A stretch of 63,933 nt of DNA, filler included, from Choristocarpus tenellus KU-1152 (taxonomy: Eukaryota; Protista; Phaeophyceae): NCBI GenBank assembly GCA_964200185.2. It is 11 parts of 11 records of this genome, joined end to end, with 100 filler letters (N's around TTAATTAATTAA, not from the genome) between each part and the next. Parts side by side here need not be neighbours in the genome. Positions count along the whole stretch, not along the records: positions 50,765 to 58,095 come from CAXNAD020006321.1; positions 58,196 to 63,933 come from CAXNAD020009878.1; 9 more parts are not named here. One strand, 5' to 3'. The position numbers and the translations under genes are program-made. The notes under the pieces were generated by a model, which saw nothing but the letters and a program-made list of their open reading frames with translations, did not search any database and was not told the origin of the DNA. This document shows, one piece after another, positions 50,665-63,780 of the stretch (positions are counted from its first letter, which is position 1; each line of letters starts with the position of its first letter).

Positions 50665-53499
50665 NNNNNNNNNNNNNNNNNNNNNNNNNNNNNNNNNNNN
50701 NNNNNNNNTTAATTAATTAANNNNNNNNNNNNNNNNNNNNNNNNNNNNNNNNNNNNNNNNNNNNCGTCATTTTGAGGTCGTTGGATTTGAGTTGTACATC
50801 CTGGAAGGTGAGCATTGAGGGGCACCTGTAACACAACAACACTCCCCAATAGATGACTTGGTGTACCAAAGATGTGGTGATACTGAGCTTCATCCACTTA
50901 GATCCCTGAGGACACGCAGGAGACAGGCACGTCCACGCCATTTTTCTTAATGTGCTTTCCACCCGTTAACACATATTTTTCCTACCTTGGAGTAGAGCGT
51001 GACCTAGATTTGTCATCGAGGATTTATGTTGGATGTAGATGGTGAAGGAATAGAGCCAGCTTCCCAATCTCCTTTTTGATTGGAGATCGTCAAATTGCGC
51101 GATTTTTTCAATTTTCAATTTACCATCAATACCAACACATCGTTTGGAGGGTATTTCGGTTCTTACCATGCCCCTGATGCCACACATGGGAAGACGAGCA
51201 GCCCTCATGGATATTTGACTTTATTTTCGCAACGTCTCCTTACCAAGCGATATTCGTTTGTAGACTAGCACTGTTGGCTACCCTGTTCGCACTCATTGTT
51301 CCAAGGGCGATGAAGTCCCACACCATATGCCAAAAAAGTGGATTTGTAGGCCATTGTTCCCACGAAAACTACTTTTTTATCCTTCCTCCTGCCACTGAAA
51401 ATGAATAACGTGAGGATGTTGTTCAAGGTCTATACGGGGGCATAGGGGTGAGGATTTCCCCTAATCTAACCTTCCCACTTCTGGAAAACTTGCTATAGGA
51501 GTTCGGGATCTAAGGGATGGAGTTGGGGGTATGGTCTGCCCTTCTGTTGTATTGATTTGTTCATATGTTTGACCCAAAATAACTTGTGATGAAGGTGTTC
51601 TTTGTTTATCTCTCGAGTGTCCCTTGCAATAACATCCTGGTTCCTTCACCTCACAATGCAATAATTACTCCTTGATTTGTCGACAGAATCACACCCGTCT
51701 CGAGAATCACACACACACAGATGAACCTGTTGCAACAATCCTGTCGGGCGATAATCCTGTCGAGTACCTCCGTGTTCCGCTTGCAACAACCGCAATTGGC
51801 CACTGCCTACGTTCTATGCCCAGGATGGGGTACTGTAGAACACAATACTGAGAGCGGGTAACGCAAGGGAGCTGTGCCAAGGAGGGGATGCTCCACCAGG
51901 TACTATGCGCCGTACTCCAGGGATCCCGGGAGAAAATAAGCAGTGTAAAGTTTGTTCCTGGGTAAACTCGTGGGGACTGTGATGGGGGAAAGGAGAAGGT
52001 GAACATCCATCGCTAAGCAGTCAAGATCTTGGAGGAGGGTCAACGGGAAAGGCACAGGGGAGGGCCGTGTGTTCTATTCGAGGAATATTTTGCCTGGGCA
52101 AACCCGTGGGCTGTTCTGGGGGGAAAATAGGAGTTGGGCATCTGCTAGGATTATTCACAGTGCTTGAGCAACCCCAGGAGAAAATGCAGGGGTGGGCTGT
52201 GTGGTCTGTCCCTGTGGGAAAAGAGGAGAGGCTCCATCAGCAAGCAGCCAAGGCGCTCCAGCCGTACCAGAAGGAAAGGCACAGGGGGAGTGTGCTTGGA
52301 TAGTACGAATGAGCTGCGTCTGCATAAAAGGGATGGGCTGTGCTGGGGCAGGGTTCTGTGTATACCTATGCTAATATGATGACTGAGCTAAACTACATGC
52401 GTAGGTGTGGGGTTTGATAGAGCACTACCCTTCAAAGTGGTCAATGGGAAATTCTGAACAAACACTGAAGGCATGGCAGAGCAGGACCAAGCCAGACAGC
52501 TTAAAAGAAAAAATCATATGGGCCAATCATTCCTTCCATAATGTTCAACAAAAATTGTTGGACTACATGTAGTAGGGAAAGGGGGGGGGGGTCTGACGAT
52601 AGTTGCCTATATTTACTGTTCACCTTCACTATTGTTTTCCTTCTGCTTTTATGTACATTGTTGCCATCTGTATGTCTCCCTTTTGCCCTTTTTTCTGCTC
52701 TCTTTCTACACCTTTCTGACCACGGGTTTGACCGCATCTTTCGTTGTTTTTTTCCGCCACAACACATGTGAAAGGTGTGAATGCCTTTCCATCATGTATT
52801 GAACTATTGTGTGTTAGTCAACCAATTGATCAGTGAATCAAGCAACGGACACACAGAGAAATGGAGCCATTGAATTCTAGGCAGTATGTATGTGGGAGTT
52901 GTCCTATAGCCACTCTACAAAACAATACTAAACTTCATCATATATGCAATTGCAATACCCTGTGCAGGCCTTTCTTCTCACATATATCGATTCTTCAGCA
53001 CTCTCTACTCCCCCCCCCAAATCTTTTTGTGCAGTACAAGAACGAGATGGCGCATGCAGAGGTGGTAATATTATGGACTTGTGCTTGTGGATACATTGCT
53101 ATGGGACTCCTTGAACTTTGCAAGCTGCAATGAGTGGTATTTTTGAGTGAAGATCAAGACCGAGGCGGCGAAGGCACTCCTACAGTGGGACAGTCAGAGA
53201 AAGATTCAATCCTAGAACAGGTCCCCTTGGCATACCCCAACAGGATAGGCAGAAGAGACAGAAGGATGATTTGACCCATCTTGATGCGGTCCTGACACAC
53301 CAGCCCCAACGTGTCTTGTACAGAACAAGTTCACATCATGTGATACAAACAGGATCAGCTCACTGTCTTGTATCAATACTGGTCAGTCTTCTTGGTCGTT
53401 TTCTTCCTAATCGGAAAAGACATATTTTGCTGGACTCACAAGGACAGGACTAGATCAGCAGGTGTGGTTGTTGCAATACTCCTGTGGGAAGAGCAAGGG

Positions 53500-55720
53500 C
53501 AAAGGTGTAATATTGGATGCCAACACCATGGAAGCTTCAAACAAGGCCCACTTGTTCAATGGTGCTATGTAAGTGCTTCCACCCTCGCCAAAAAAGGTGT
53601 TGTCAAGAAGGTGGTGTGGAAGTGAACAAGCCCAAACAAGTTTCTTGGAGTCTTGGGAGGAGTGTGTGTGGCAAAAACAGCAATGCACAAGCCCCCCAAA
53701 CCCTGCCTCTTATAAGGCATTGAAGGTTGCTGATAAACCTTTATAACAGGTTGAGGTATCTGTGTTGCAGGGGAGTCAAAGTATCTCAGAGGGTAGGGTC
53801 GCGTCCATTTGGGGGCCGAATCCAATGTTACGAATTTAGTGTAATTTTGGCCATCTTGTTTGTTAGGAAGTGTCAATATCCTTGTTCTGGACACACCTCT
53901 TCATAACATATACAATTTTACCTACTCCTCAACATTTTAATGTAGGAAAATGTCATAAAGAAAATGGGAATCCAAGCGCCAAATGGACAAACAGGGCAAA
54001 ACTCGTACCCTCTAAGATACTTTCACTCAGGGGTTTCTTCACATCCACACGGGGAAGTTTTACCACGGGAATCAAGTTGACTTGTACTGATCCAGAGAGG
54101 ACATGACAGAGTCCTCAATCCCAACACATCCGTGACAAATCTGGCCGGCTGCTGAGAGGGTAAGGGCACACTATGGAATGGTGCGACAGTTTATGGTGCT
54201 CCCGAACGACAATTAGGTCAATCTCAACCCCAATTGTGCTGTACCCTTCAACCAACGACCCACCTGTGTGAGAGTCACTGATGTACCGATGTTTGTGCAA
54301 ATGGCAGAAACAATCAGTTCAATTGCAAACAGGAAGCCGCTGGGACCAGATGATTACCCAGTGGAAAATTCTGAAACTCGATGAATGATCTTAACGAGGA
54401 GATTATCCCTGAGGGTTGTTGGCTGTGTGGAACCAGGAAGATGTACTCCAGGTTTGGAAGGTCATGATCTTCAAGGTGCTCTACAAGAAGAACTGGACGG
54501 ATTGTTGCAATTTCGGAGGCATCGGATTGGTGGCACATGCTGACAGAGTGCTTCTCAAGGTTGTCCAATGGTGACTGGGAGTATTCGTGGAATGAGAGGA
54601 CATAGCCACGAGGAACAATGTTGTCCCCGGCCTGGCTCTACGCTGCACATTATGTAGACCCTGCATGCCCTCAAGGAGCTTGGATAGGATAATTATGTAC
54701 CCCTCTGTTGATGTGTTTGATTGTTTGTCATTGACCCTGTTGACCTGTATCTCCTGTGGTCTGTGATTGCCAAATTTGATATGCCTGAGAAAAACATATC
54801 ATCCGTCAGATCCATATTGTTATGTGGGCAGACATCCACATGGGTGATGGAGAGTGTATGGACTGGTTTGAGGTCAAGCAAGCCCTTCAGCAAGGGCCGA
54901 CTGCGTCTGACAGAAACCATGAGTCTTGGACCTCAAAAGCAAGACAGCAGGCACTATGCAGATATTGGCCTCAGGGCAGAGCTGTAAGAAGACTGACAAG
55001 TGTGTTACCCTTGGAGGCACAATGAGTTGTATTGATATCACCGCCAAGATCAGCTGACAGTCCCAAAACGCCTTGAGATGTTCCTGAAAAAAACCCCAAG
55101 TGCTTTGTGGCGGGAACCACAAGCGTGTCACCTGAGATTAAGATTCGAATGATCAAGGTCGAAGCGCTTGAGGGCCTCTTATATTGTTGTTTGACATGGA
55201 CTTTCCACTAGGTCCACTACGTCAAGCTCTGTTCCACAGTCATAATTGATTTCTCAAGTGCTGTGTATTGGATTTTTCAAAGAGGAACGCACTGATCACA
55301 GTGCCCTACAAGGACATCCTATTGAACACTAGTGTGCCAATACTAAGGCAGTTGTTCCAAAACGGAGACCCTTGTTCATAGGATCACCAGGATGCATGAT
55401 ATAAGTGACCACCAAAGTCGTGGAGATTTGGAGACCTTGTGGATGGAGGGTGGGAGCAAGGTGGAAAGGAGAGAGAAGGACTGGTGGATGTGCCTGCAAG
55501 ACGGCCTCGAGAAGCTCGGGGTGGCATTTGTGGGGTGGCATACAAGGCAAGAGTTCACTATAGGTGGTATGCATGTGTGATCCATGGAACAAAAAATGTC
55601 ATTGTACGAATGGTATGCTAGAGAACCTGTGAAACCTGGAGTACAGTGTGCTAAAACAGCAGCTAAGGAAGCCCAAGCAGATCAGGACGCATGCACACTT
55701 GCTACTGTGTGTGCTGAGGT
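53500..55720 (+). mobile_element. Decayed RTE-type LINE (reverse transcriptase ORF relic) interrupted by a MITE
   Basis: Frameshifted motifs in canonical order: HIRDKSGRLLR; ETISSIANRKPLGPDDYPVE; WKVMIFKVLYKKNWTDCCNFGGIGLVAHADRVLLKVV; EEQCCPRP; VDLYLLWSVIAKFDMPEK; DGECMDWFEVKQALQQG; and C-terminal EKDWWMCLQDGLEKLGV. Confidence 0.9.
53773..54028 (-). mobile_element. MITE family A, full copy, nested in the LINE
   Basis: GAGTCAAAGTATCTCAGAGGGTA ... TACCCTCTAAGATACTTTCACTC; AGGG on both flanks. Confidence 0.93.
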
Positions 55721-58195
55721 TGATATTCTAATTGGTCTCTTTTTGTATATTCTTATTGTAAATCATTTTTGGTCGTATGTGATGAGTGGGTATCCAGATG
55801 GATGGACCGGATGTGACCCTTATTTTTTTTCGTATTTTTCACATAGGATCTTGGCTATGTTTGTGGGTTCGATGACATCTTCTTTTCCACCTGTTCAGTG
55901 CTAGTGACTAACTAGAGTCTGGGTTTTGACTGGCTGTCTTGGTTACTTCCAGTCTTCTCTTTTTTCTTGTTTTGTTTCTTAGTGTATTCCAGGAATTGTG
56001 TCATTCTTCACCTCTTTCTTTTTGACCACAGGTTTGGGACCTGTAAGAACAATATAAAATGTAATAATAATAATTGCAGTACTCTCCTTGACATTGCTTC
56101 CCAATGAAGCCCCACCACCTTGCTCCAGTCTTCCTTAATTTTGGGGGTACAATGGCAAATGAACAGGTAGGTGTGGGTATACAATCCTGTAGTGTTTGCC
56201 ATGTGGACTTCGACCATTGAAACCAGACTTTCCCCAAAATTGATCCATTGGCGACCTGGTTTGAACCCACGAACTCCTTTGAAAGAGTGCTTTTGACCCA
56301 AAGGAATTATAGCGAAGGCAGATATGGGCTCTATTTGCATTCTAAGCCATCTTTCTTACCTTGTTGTGCAATACACCCTATTACATTGCTATGTATGTGT
56401 GCACACTAATATACACAAAATTGATACTCTTTCACAGAAACCAAAGTGGCATTACAATTCAGCAAAGAAGGATGTTTCTGTTGTTGTACAAAAAGTTATC
56501 TTCTTGCCAGTTCTCCAGATCCTTGAATAAATTGTGACTAATAATACGTGGGTGTTCTAATAACCATCACAAACAAATTAAAGGAGGGTGGATAGATGAG
56601 ATTTGCATCGTACGTACGTGAGGGGCTATTAATAAATCATTTCACATATGGAACAGTCGTGAACATGGGATGTATATATGAAAATTTGATGGTATTTCGG
56701 AAAAGCATATAAACCCCGTGTGTTCGACTCGCGCACTGCGCGTAGAATAACCTCATTTCAGGAGGGAATTCAGATCGAGGGTCATAACCGCGAGAGACAC
56801 GAGAACGGGGAAAACCGCCTTTGCGGGGAAGAAAGGTGGGGTGAACGAAGTGATCGTGTCTCGAGTAAGGTTATCTTCTAACAACCCTCCAATATTTTTA
56901 CTACTTAACCCGGTTAGCCAGACCGTCTCCGACTTGGAAGGGCCCGTGTGCGAACGGGAAAAAAAGAAGGTGGGAGAGGGGAAGAAGGGGTACTTTGACG
57001 TGGGGACGTGGGAACAATTGGTTAATACACTACATGATCTGTGAGTGCGTGATTAAGTCTGTGCTGACCAATCCGAGTCTCTTGAATTCGAAAAAACCCA
57101 GGCCCATGTGCTATTCTTTTCGCCACGGGGAATGCGCTTTGCGTGTGCAGCGGATATTGTTATGAGTTTGGTCATGGGCACATGCTAGGTTAGGCTAGGT
57201 TTGCAAGTCCCCATTAAAAAAAATAGTAGAGCTCGTATCAGTGTATCTTGTCATCCCTTCTCCTTTTCCGGAGGATGCGTTAACTGTTACACTGAAGTAG
57301 TTGGAATCGTGAAGGGGGGTGCCATAGCGTCGTCCTTAGACGTAGAGATACCTCTAGTTTCCACTACCGCAAACAAGTTATGAAGGATTGATCCAAGAGG
57401 AGGAGGGAGCGTTTAATCCTTTCTGTGCCCAATTTTGGATGGACAAGATGGTACATAAATATTGACTGAATTGGGACTGGAAGGTCCATTTTCGCATCTT
57501 GAGAGAAGCTGGGGGGCCTTGTTTTTAGGCCACAAAAAGGGTTAGCGTCCCTCCTGCTGAGTCAGCCTGGTGTCAACTCCCGCTGCTATGGCGTAGGGGA
57601 AGTCCTTCACGGGGTGGAGGAGTGAACTGTGATCTCCCTAGACAGTGGTTTTGATACCTGGAGCCTTTGTTAGAGACTTTCCTACCGTGCGGCAGCATGG
57701 TAGTTTGCCGATCACCGATATGTCCCTTCCCTTCCGCCCTCGAACAAGTTTTTGTTGCTACGGAGGTCGATAAAAGAGGGAGAGACTCTTCCTACAGCAC
57801 CTGAGTCCATTATTTTTGTTGACAACTCATCTTATTTTCTCTTCTACATTCTTTGTTCAATGCTGCCGATCCTTGGACGGTTACTAACTTACATGAAATC
57901 TCTCCTCCTACCTCCACTTATTCGTCACCCCTTGCCCCATTCCTAATTCCCCAGTTTTCACTCACCTCTAACCAATGCATATATGGCCCTCTATTGTTCC
58001 CTCTTTTTCTTTTCTCTATTCTCCCATCGCAGCAAGCTTAATTGTAAGTGGAGAAGCCGGGGGGGGGGCAGGGGAAGGAAGAGGAGGAAATAAGGNNNNN
58101 NNNNNNNNNNNNNNNNNNNNNNNNNNNNNNNNNNNNNNNTTAATTAATTAANNNNNNNNNNNNNNNNNNNNNNNNNNNNNNNNNNNNNNNNNNNN

Positions 58196-58250
58196 CCAAA
58201 TAGACACCCTGGTGTAGCCCCCCCCCCCCCTCTCCCAGATATTTTGGGTC
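58196..58250. mobile_element. MITE family B terminus at a contig start
   Basis: CCAAATAGACACCCTGGTGTAG-polyC-CCCAGATATTTTGGGTC. Confidence 0.75.
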
Positions 58251-60584
58251 TAAAAGGGGAGTTTAATCTCGGCAATACAAGGAGTGTATGGCTAGCCAAG
58301 AATTGGGAATACTCAGACTAATCTGGACTAATACATGCCCCTTACATGTTCTAGCCCTTACGCAACCCATCCAGACTATCCTCTACCAGATTACACAAGG
58401 CAATGCTGAGGAGGGCGCATGAACTATATTTGAGCAATGGGTTGACACTTGACTAGGGGTGAGAATGTGAGCTTGAGAATACAGATATGGCACAGAAACT
58501 GGATGGAGTTGATCTCCAACAGCCTCCCAAGGTAGGCAAAGTTCAAGAACGTACAGAGGGGGGAGAGATAGATGTCTGAAACCCCCAATCTAAACCACCT
58601 GAAACCCGTCAAAGCATTCAGTATTACAGATTCCATCCCAAAATATCCACCGGTAATATATATATATATATATATATAATAAAGAGGGAGCTTCATATCA
58701 GAAATACAAGGAGTGCGTGGGTAGCCAGGAATTGGGGTACCAAGTTCGAGGGGGCATAGCTGCAAGTGATAGAACCCAACAACGACTTTAAGGTATCTTC
58801 TGCGGGTGCAATATACAATACCCCAAGGATAATTCGGCATAGACTAGCTGGGTTGGATGTAGAAAGGTTTTTTCTCCAAATCTATATATAAGGAAAGTAG
58901 GGTTGGTCATAGGTTCCGCGAGTCTGCCTTGGGGTTTCATTTGACGGCTGGCGTACCCCTGGGAGTACACCAGAAAGGGTGCTGCTTGGGTAGACTAGCG
59001 GGAAATGGGGGGGGTCAGAAGGGTTAGACATAGACAAGGGATTAGATTCTCAGGTTAAGAAAAGTGGAGCCAAGTAGGACAGTCAATGGGGGTGGCCAGA
59101 GAGAACAGAGCTCAGAGGTGAGGACAATGGAGGCCTTGGAGATAGCAGGGGCAGGGTTATTTGCAATGGAACATGTTGTGGGGAAGAGAAATGATTTTAC
59201 AGATGGTACAACGAAATGGTAGAGGGGCAGGATGCAACCTAAACTCCAACGTGCTTGCCCTTGTGTTGACTGGCAGGAACAGCCCCTGGGTCAGGGAGGG
59301 GTGTGATGATGTGTTCGAGTGGCGTGCAGCCATGTAAGCCAGTGGATCGGTTGTGCCACCTACTCAGAAGTGTGATGAGATAGCTTGGGAATACTGGTCC
59401 GAGTTCCGTACAGATAGAGGATTGAGTAGGTGGTTAGGCCCAAGGGGTCGAGAACTAGACAGAATGAAGGCTCTAGCGGAGGTAATGTGGTTTGTTGCAA
59501 AATAAGGAAAACCAAGTAAGCACAGGTAAGGGTAGAATTTCAGCAATCCAGTATCACCGCATTTAATTTCATAACTTCCAACTCTCCACACAATACTCCA
59601 CGATTCACCCAGGGAGGAAAGAGATGGAGAGGAGCCGCACAAAACAATAGGCAGTGAACCTAAGGTGAGGAGACACTGGATATGGAGAAGGAATGTAGAG
59701 ACAAAGCACTACTATGAAATGCTAGGAATGGAAGTTGAGCTAACAAGGCTAGGATTGTCTTTCTCGTCTCTTTCTAGCAAGAGCATTGGAGCGTTGGGCT
59801 TACGACTAAGGGGGAGGACTACACGGAGAATTGGTAGTAAGGAGGGAGGTAGGGTGGACGAGGGGACTGGAAATAGTGAGGTGGAAGGATAGACGCCAAG
59901 CACATAAAGTAGAGGTAATGCTTACAGGGTCGAAAGGAGGTCAGGGTACGAAAGGAGCAGTGTGGGCAAGGTTTAAAGTGGAGAGAACAAAGGGGGAAAG
60001 AAAGTATAGGTGGCTTGAGGTGGTAGTAGCTACTAGGGAATGCTTCTCACAACCCCCCCTGATGCCCCACTTATGACAGGAAGGAAGGGAAAAGGGGGAG
60101 GGTGGCTACAAGGGGGCAAGTAACGTTTGTCTTGAGTAGAATAGTAAAAAAACTCAAGTGGATGCGAGAGGAGGATGCTTTGCATTCAGGGAAGGTAGGG
60201 GGAGCCACGAGATTGGCAACCATGGGGATATCAGAACTAGTAATACAGAGGGGGGGTGGTTGAAGTCGAGTGCATTTATGGTATTCGTCAGGGCAACCAG
60301 AGGGACCCAGTGCGGGTTACAAAGGGCCTGGCAGAGAGTAGTAAGGATTGGGTGCAACCAGGGCAGGAGGTGAAGGGATGAACTAGAAGGAAATCAACCC
60401 CGAAAGGGGAGGGAGATCAAGTTCAGGCGGGGTAGATGTCTTCTAGCTCAAAGGCACGGTATGGAGTGGATGATGAAGGGGTCTTCTTGGATGATTGTGG
60501 AGTGGTGTTGAGTGGTGTGGGGTGAGTGGAGTGGTAACTGCTGTGGGGTTGAGGGGAGTGGTAACTTGTGTGGGGTTCAAGGGT

Positions 60585-61190
60585 GGGGGGGGTGACTGGA
60601 TATCAGTGGTGAAGGGATCACACCGGTTGGTCATCAGATGTGGGGGTGACTGGAAATCAGTGATGAAGGGGGTTCACACTGGTTAGTCATCAAATATGGG
60701 GGGTGGCTGGAAATCAGTGACGAAGGGGGAGTGAAAGTATCTTAGAGGGTACGAGTTTTGTTGTCCATTTGGGGCTTGACTTCCCACAGGTTCTTGATGA
60801 CATTTTCCTATTCCAAAAACGTTTTGGAGTAGGTAAAATTTATTCGATATGAAAAGGTGTATCCGGAACAAGGATATTGACACTTCCTAACGAACACGAT
60901 AGCCAAAATTCCATCAAAATCACAGCAAAAATACAGCATTGGAGTTTGGCCCCCAAATGGACAAGGCCCTACCCCCTAAGACAATTTGGCTCGGGGGTAC
61001 GCCCTGGGTGGTCATCAGATGGTGTGACTGGGAATCAGTGACGAAGGGAGTTCACGCTGGTCGGCCATCAGTTGTGGGGGGTGACTGAAAATCAGTGACG
61101 AATGGGGTTCGCAGTGGTTGGTCATTAGAGGTGGGGGGTAACTAGGAAACCAGTGGCAAAGAGCTTGCACTGGGTTGGTCGTAAAGGAGG
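60585..61190. repeat. About 55-bp tandem repeat, about 6 units, split by a MITE
   Basis: Unit GGGGGTGACTGGAAATCAGTGA(C/T)GAAGGGGGTTCACACTGGTTGGTCATCAGATGT. Confidence 0.9.
60729..60992 (+). mobile_element. MITE family A, full copy
   Basis: GAGTGAAAGTATCTTAGAGGGTAC ... TACCCCCTAAGACAATTTGGCTC; inserted into a G-run of repeat unit 3. Confidence 0.92.
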
Positions 61191-62278
61191 GGTAAATGGG
61201 GAAGGAAAGGGGAATGAGTGAATTGCAAACAAGGAATAAAAATAATAATAATAATCCAGAATTCGTGAGCAAAACAAATTAACAGATAATTGTACTGAAG
61301 AGGACAGAGCATTGTACCATTTTGCTTACTTGGTCTATACCAGTACCAGTACTACTAATACCGTACTATTTATTGTAGTAGTAGGTATAAGATAATTTAC
61401 AACAGTAACAAATCTTTACTCTCTATGTACCACATCAAATGAGTTTGTTGTGGTACAAAACAAAACATACTTGTGTTTCGGTCGTAGTACTTACTCTCTA
61501 TGGACGCCACTGTGAACATCTCTCAAATAGAGAAAATATTATATGAAAGATCCAAGAAACTCATCAAATAGTTGAAAACGTGCCTATGGTTCTAAAATGT
61601 CCCACACACAGTTCGCAACAGGCTTGAAATATGGCGAAACATTTGAGTGTCGTTCCCAAAACCTTTCGCATCACCATATTCCGCCATTAAGTTAGATATC
61701 TGACCTATACCTACCATAGTTCTTACACTAAATGGTGATGAAGGGTATATAATTGTGTGAAAAACTCAACGACTCCGTGTTTGACCAGTAAGAAGTATAG
61801 AGTAAATATCTTCATATGTTGTGAATTGTGAAAAAGAGAAAATGAGATAAATTTTGTGAAATATAACACTCAGTACACAATAAACCCAACTTATTCGGGA
61901 TTCCTCCACCCCAGTGCATTTTCTATTGGAAAGATACCATATACCTCAACACTGTCAAACTGATATCTAATATTTTATTACAAGTCAACACCCACACGAT
62001 ATCATCTCAGTCCAGGGTACAGGTTCTTCGTCATAACACACACCCCCGAGTAGCTCTATTTGACCCAAACAGTGAAAAGCTAAACCATCCAGCCCTCTGT
62101 CCTCACACGCTTTCTTCTCGAAACTACTTACCACTTCGGTAGTGGACACAAGTAACGAGGAAGCGACGAACTCGAGAGTCAGTCCCACAGCCCCCATATT
62201 TCTGGCCCTTTGCTTTCAAGACATCTGGTTGGTTGTTCTCGACAGAATTGTTTCGCAAACCTCATCCACAATGTCCAG

Positions 62279-62981
62279 ATGTGGCAGATCATAGTCGGGA
62301 CTCTGCTCCGTAGCTTGTTGTACGGCAGCCTGTTGTTCGCCACAGGAGTGTTGGCTCAAACAAAAGAAAAAGGACCTTACCCAAAAGGACAAGGACTACA
62401 AAACCCGGCCACTTGGATAGCAGAAGGGGCAAGAAACTCTCTCGACAACTGCGGACATGGTGGAGAGAAGTGTCTCTTCGACTTGGATGTAGACGAGTTC
62501 GAGAGTGTTGCTGGCACTGGGTCGGCAATACTGACCGTGCCCACCATTAATTAAAATATCCTTGCGTGGACTGATTACTTTGCTTCGGCTATTAGATCTA
62601 GTCAGAGCATCACCTTCGCGATTGGTACGGAAATATCCACGGCTTCAAGGCAAGAAGGTGCCAACCAAAGTGCATGTGACGTGACGAGAGACAGGTACTC
62701 CTGGAGAGGGATAACCAATGGGTCGAAAGGTGACCTGACCTGCCGCTTCTCTTGGGGTGCACTCGACATCAATATTCGTGTGATGGATGATACTATCAAT
62801 TCTTTCTACCGAGTGACAATGGTCGAGGCCGACGTTGCCGTGAAGCGCATCTTGAAGACAGACATGCCCGAATTCAAGGGTAGCAATCGAACACATGCTC
62901 TTGGTGATGTCAAAATACCGGTCAGAGGACTGCGAGGACACCATTTGGTGGAGACTACTGGAGGAGCAGCCCGTGGAACTG
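62279..62981 (+). CDS. 5' coding region (signal peptide + prodomain) of a secreted reprolysin-like zinc metalloprotease; contains an in-frame TAA (62552-62554), possibly inside a 75-nt intron
   Basis: ORFs 62210-62554 and 62681-63013 share a frame. MWQIIVGTLLRSLLYGSLLFATGVLA is signal-peptide-like, and YSWRG...FYRVTMVEADVAVKRI is prodomain-like. The donor G|GTGAAT at 62982 is phase-compatible with the next exon. Confidence 0.6.
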
Positions 62982-63316
62982 GTGAATTTAAGAACACACT
63001 CCACCATATGTAATTGTACTTGCTTTTGTTACATGTTTTTGTGGTGCAGTATTTTTCTGGGTGTAGGTTCCTAGAGGTATAGTTATGTTGTATATCATCT
63101 GCTAACTGTTTGGCTTTCTGGGCGAAACTGTTTGCCCCATATATGAAATACACAATACAACTCTCCATATTTAGTCGCCTTGACCAGGTCATTGGACCGA
63201 ACCACATGTCCATCACTCATCGGCTTTCTCTCCTTTCAATATCTCTCATGGTGCTATCTCATCATTCCTCCCTTTACCCATTTCTATTTGTGGGCATGCT
63301 ACTGCCTTGTTTTCAG

Positions 63317-63572
63317 ATCTCGTGGTGTTTTATATGCATTCTGCTGCCATTTCTGCTGGAGGCTCACGTATCTTGGAGAGTGAGATCAAAGAAAACCTCG
63401 AAGACTACAACATTACCGTGGATGCCCTCACCTACACTCATGTAGGTGTAAATTTGGTTGCCATGATTGCGATCTCCAGCAGCGACTACTCCTTCAACAT
63501 TCCCACCCTCGCATCAGCCTTTGCGGAAGTTCAGCTCTTGACTTTTGCAGCAACATCAGATCTTGTGGCGTG
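63317..63572 (+). CDS. Exon encoding the start of a reprolysin-like (M12B/metzincin) catalytic domain
   Basis: DLVVFYMHSAAISAGGSRILESEIKENLEDYN...VNLVAM...EVQLLTFAATSDLVA fits D-hhh-Y...GG...I...N...LV...ADLV. TTTTCAG acceptor and GTGAGA donor. HExxH lies beyond the window. Confidence 0.62.
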
Positions 63573-63780
63573 GTGAGACTACGTGGGGGTGAGTACGAAC
63601 AAAAGAGAGTGAGTATGCGCGTACTCTAGAGAGAAGAAATTATGGGTAAGGTTCCAGTATGCCTAACATGTACTAATCTTAACTCATCCTGTAACACACT
63701 CCATACATTACTTGTATGTAATGGATGCGGTCTATCACACATCATAAATTTATACGTGAAACACCTTTTTTGTGTATCAG

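Noticed and set aside
56250-56320. tRNA-like sequence on the minus strand (GTGGGTTCAAACC)
   Set aside because: Only a partial T-loop is present; no cloverleaf can be built.
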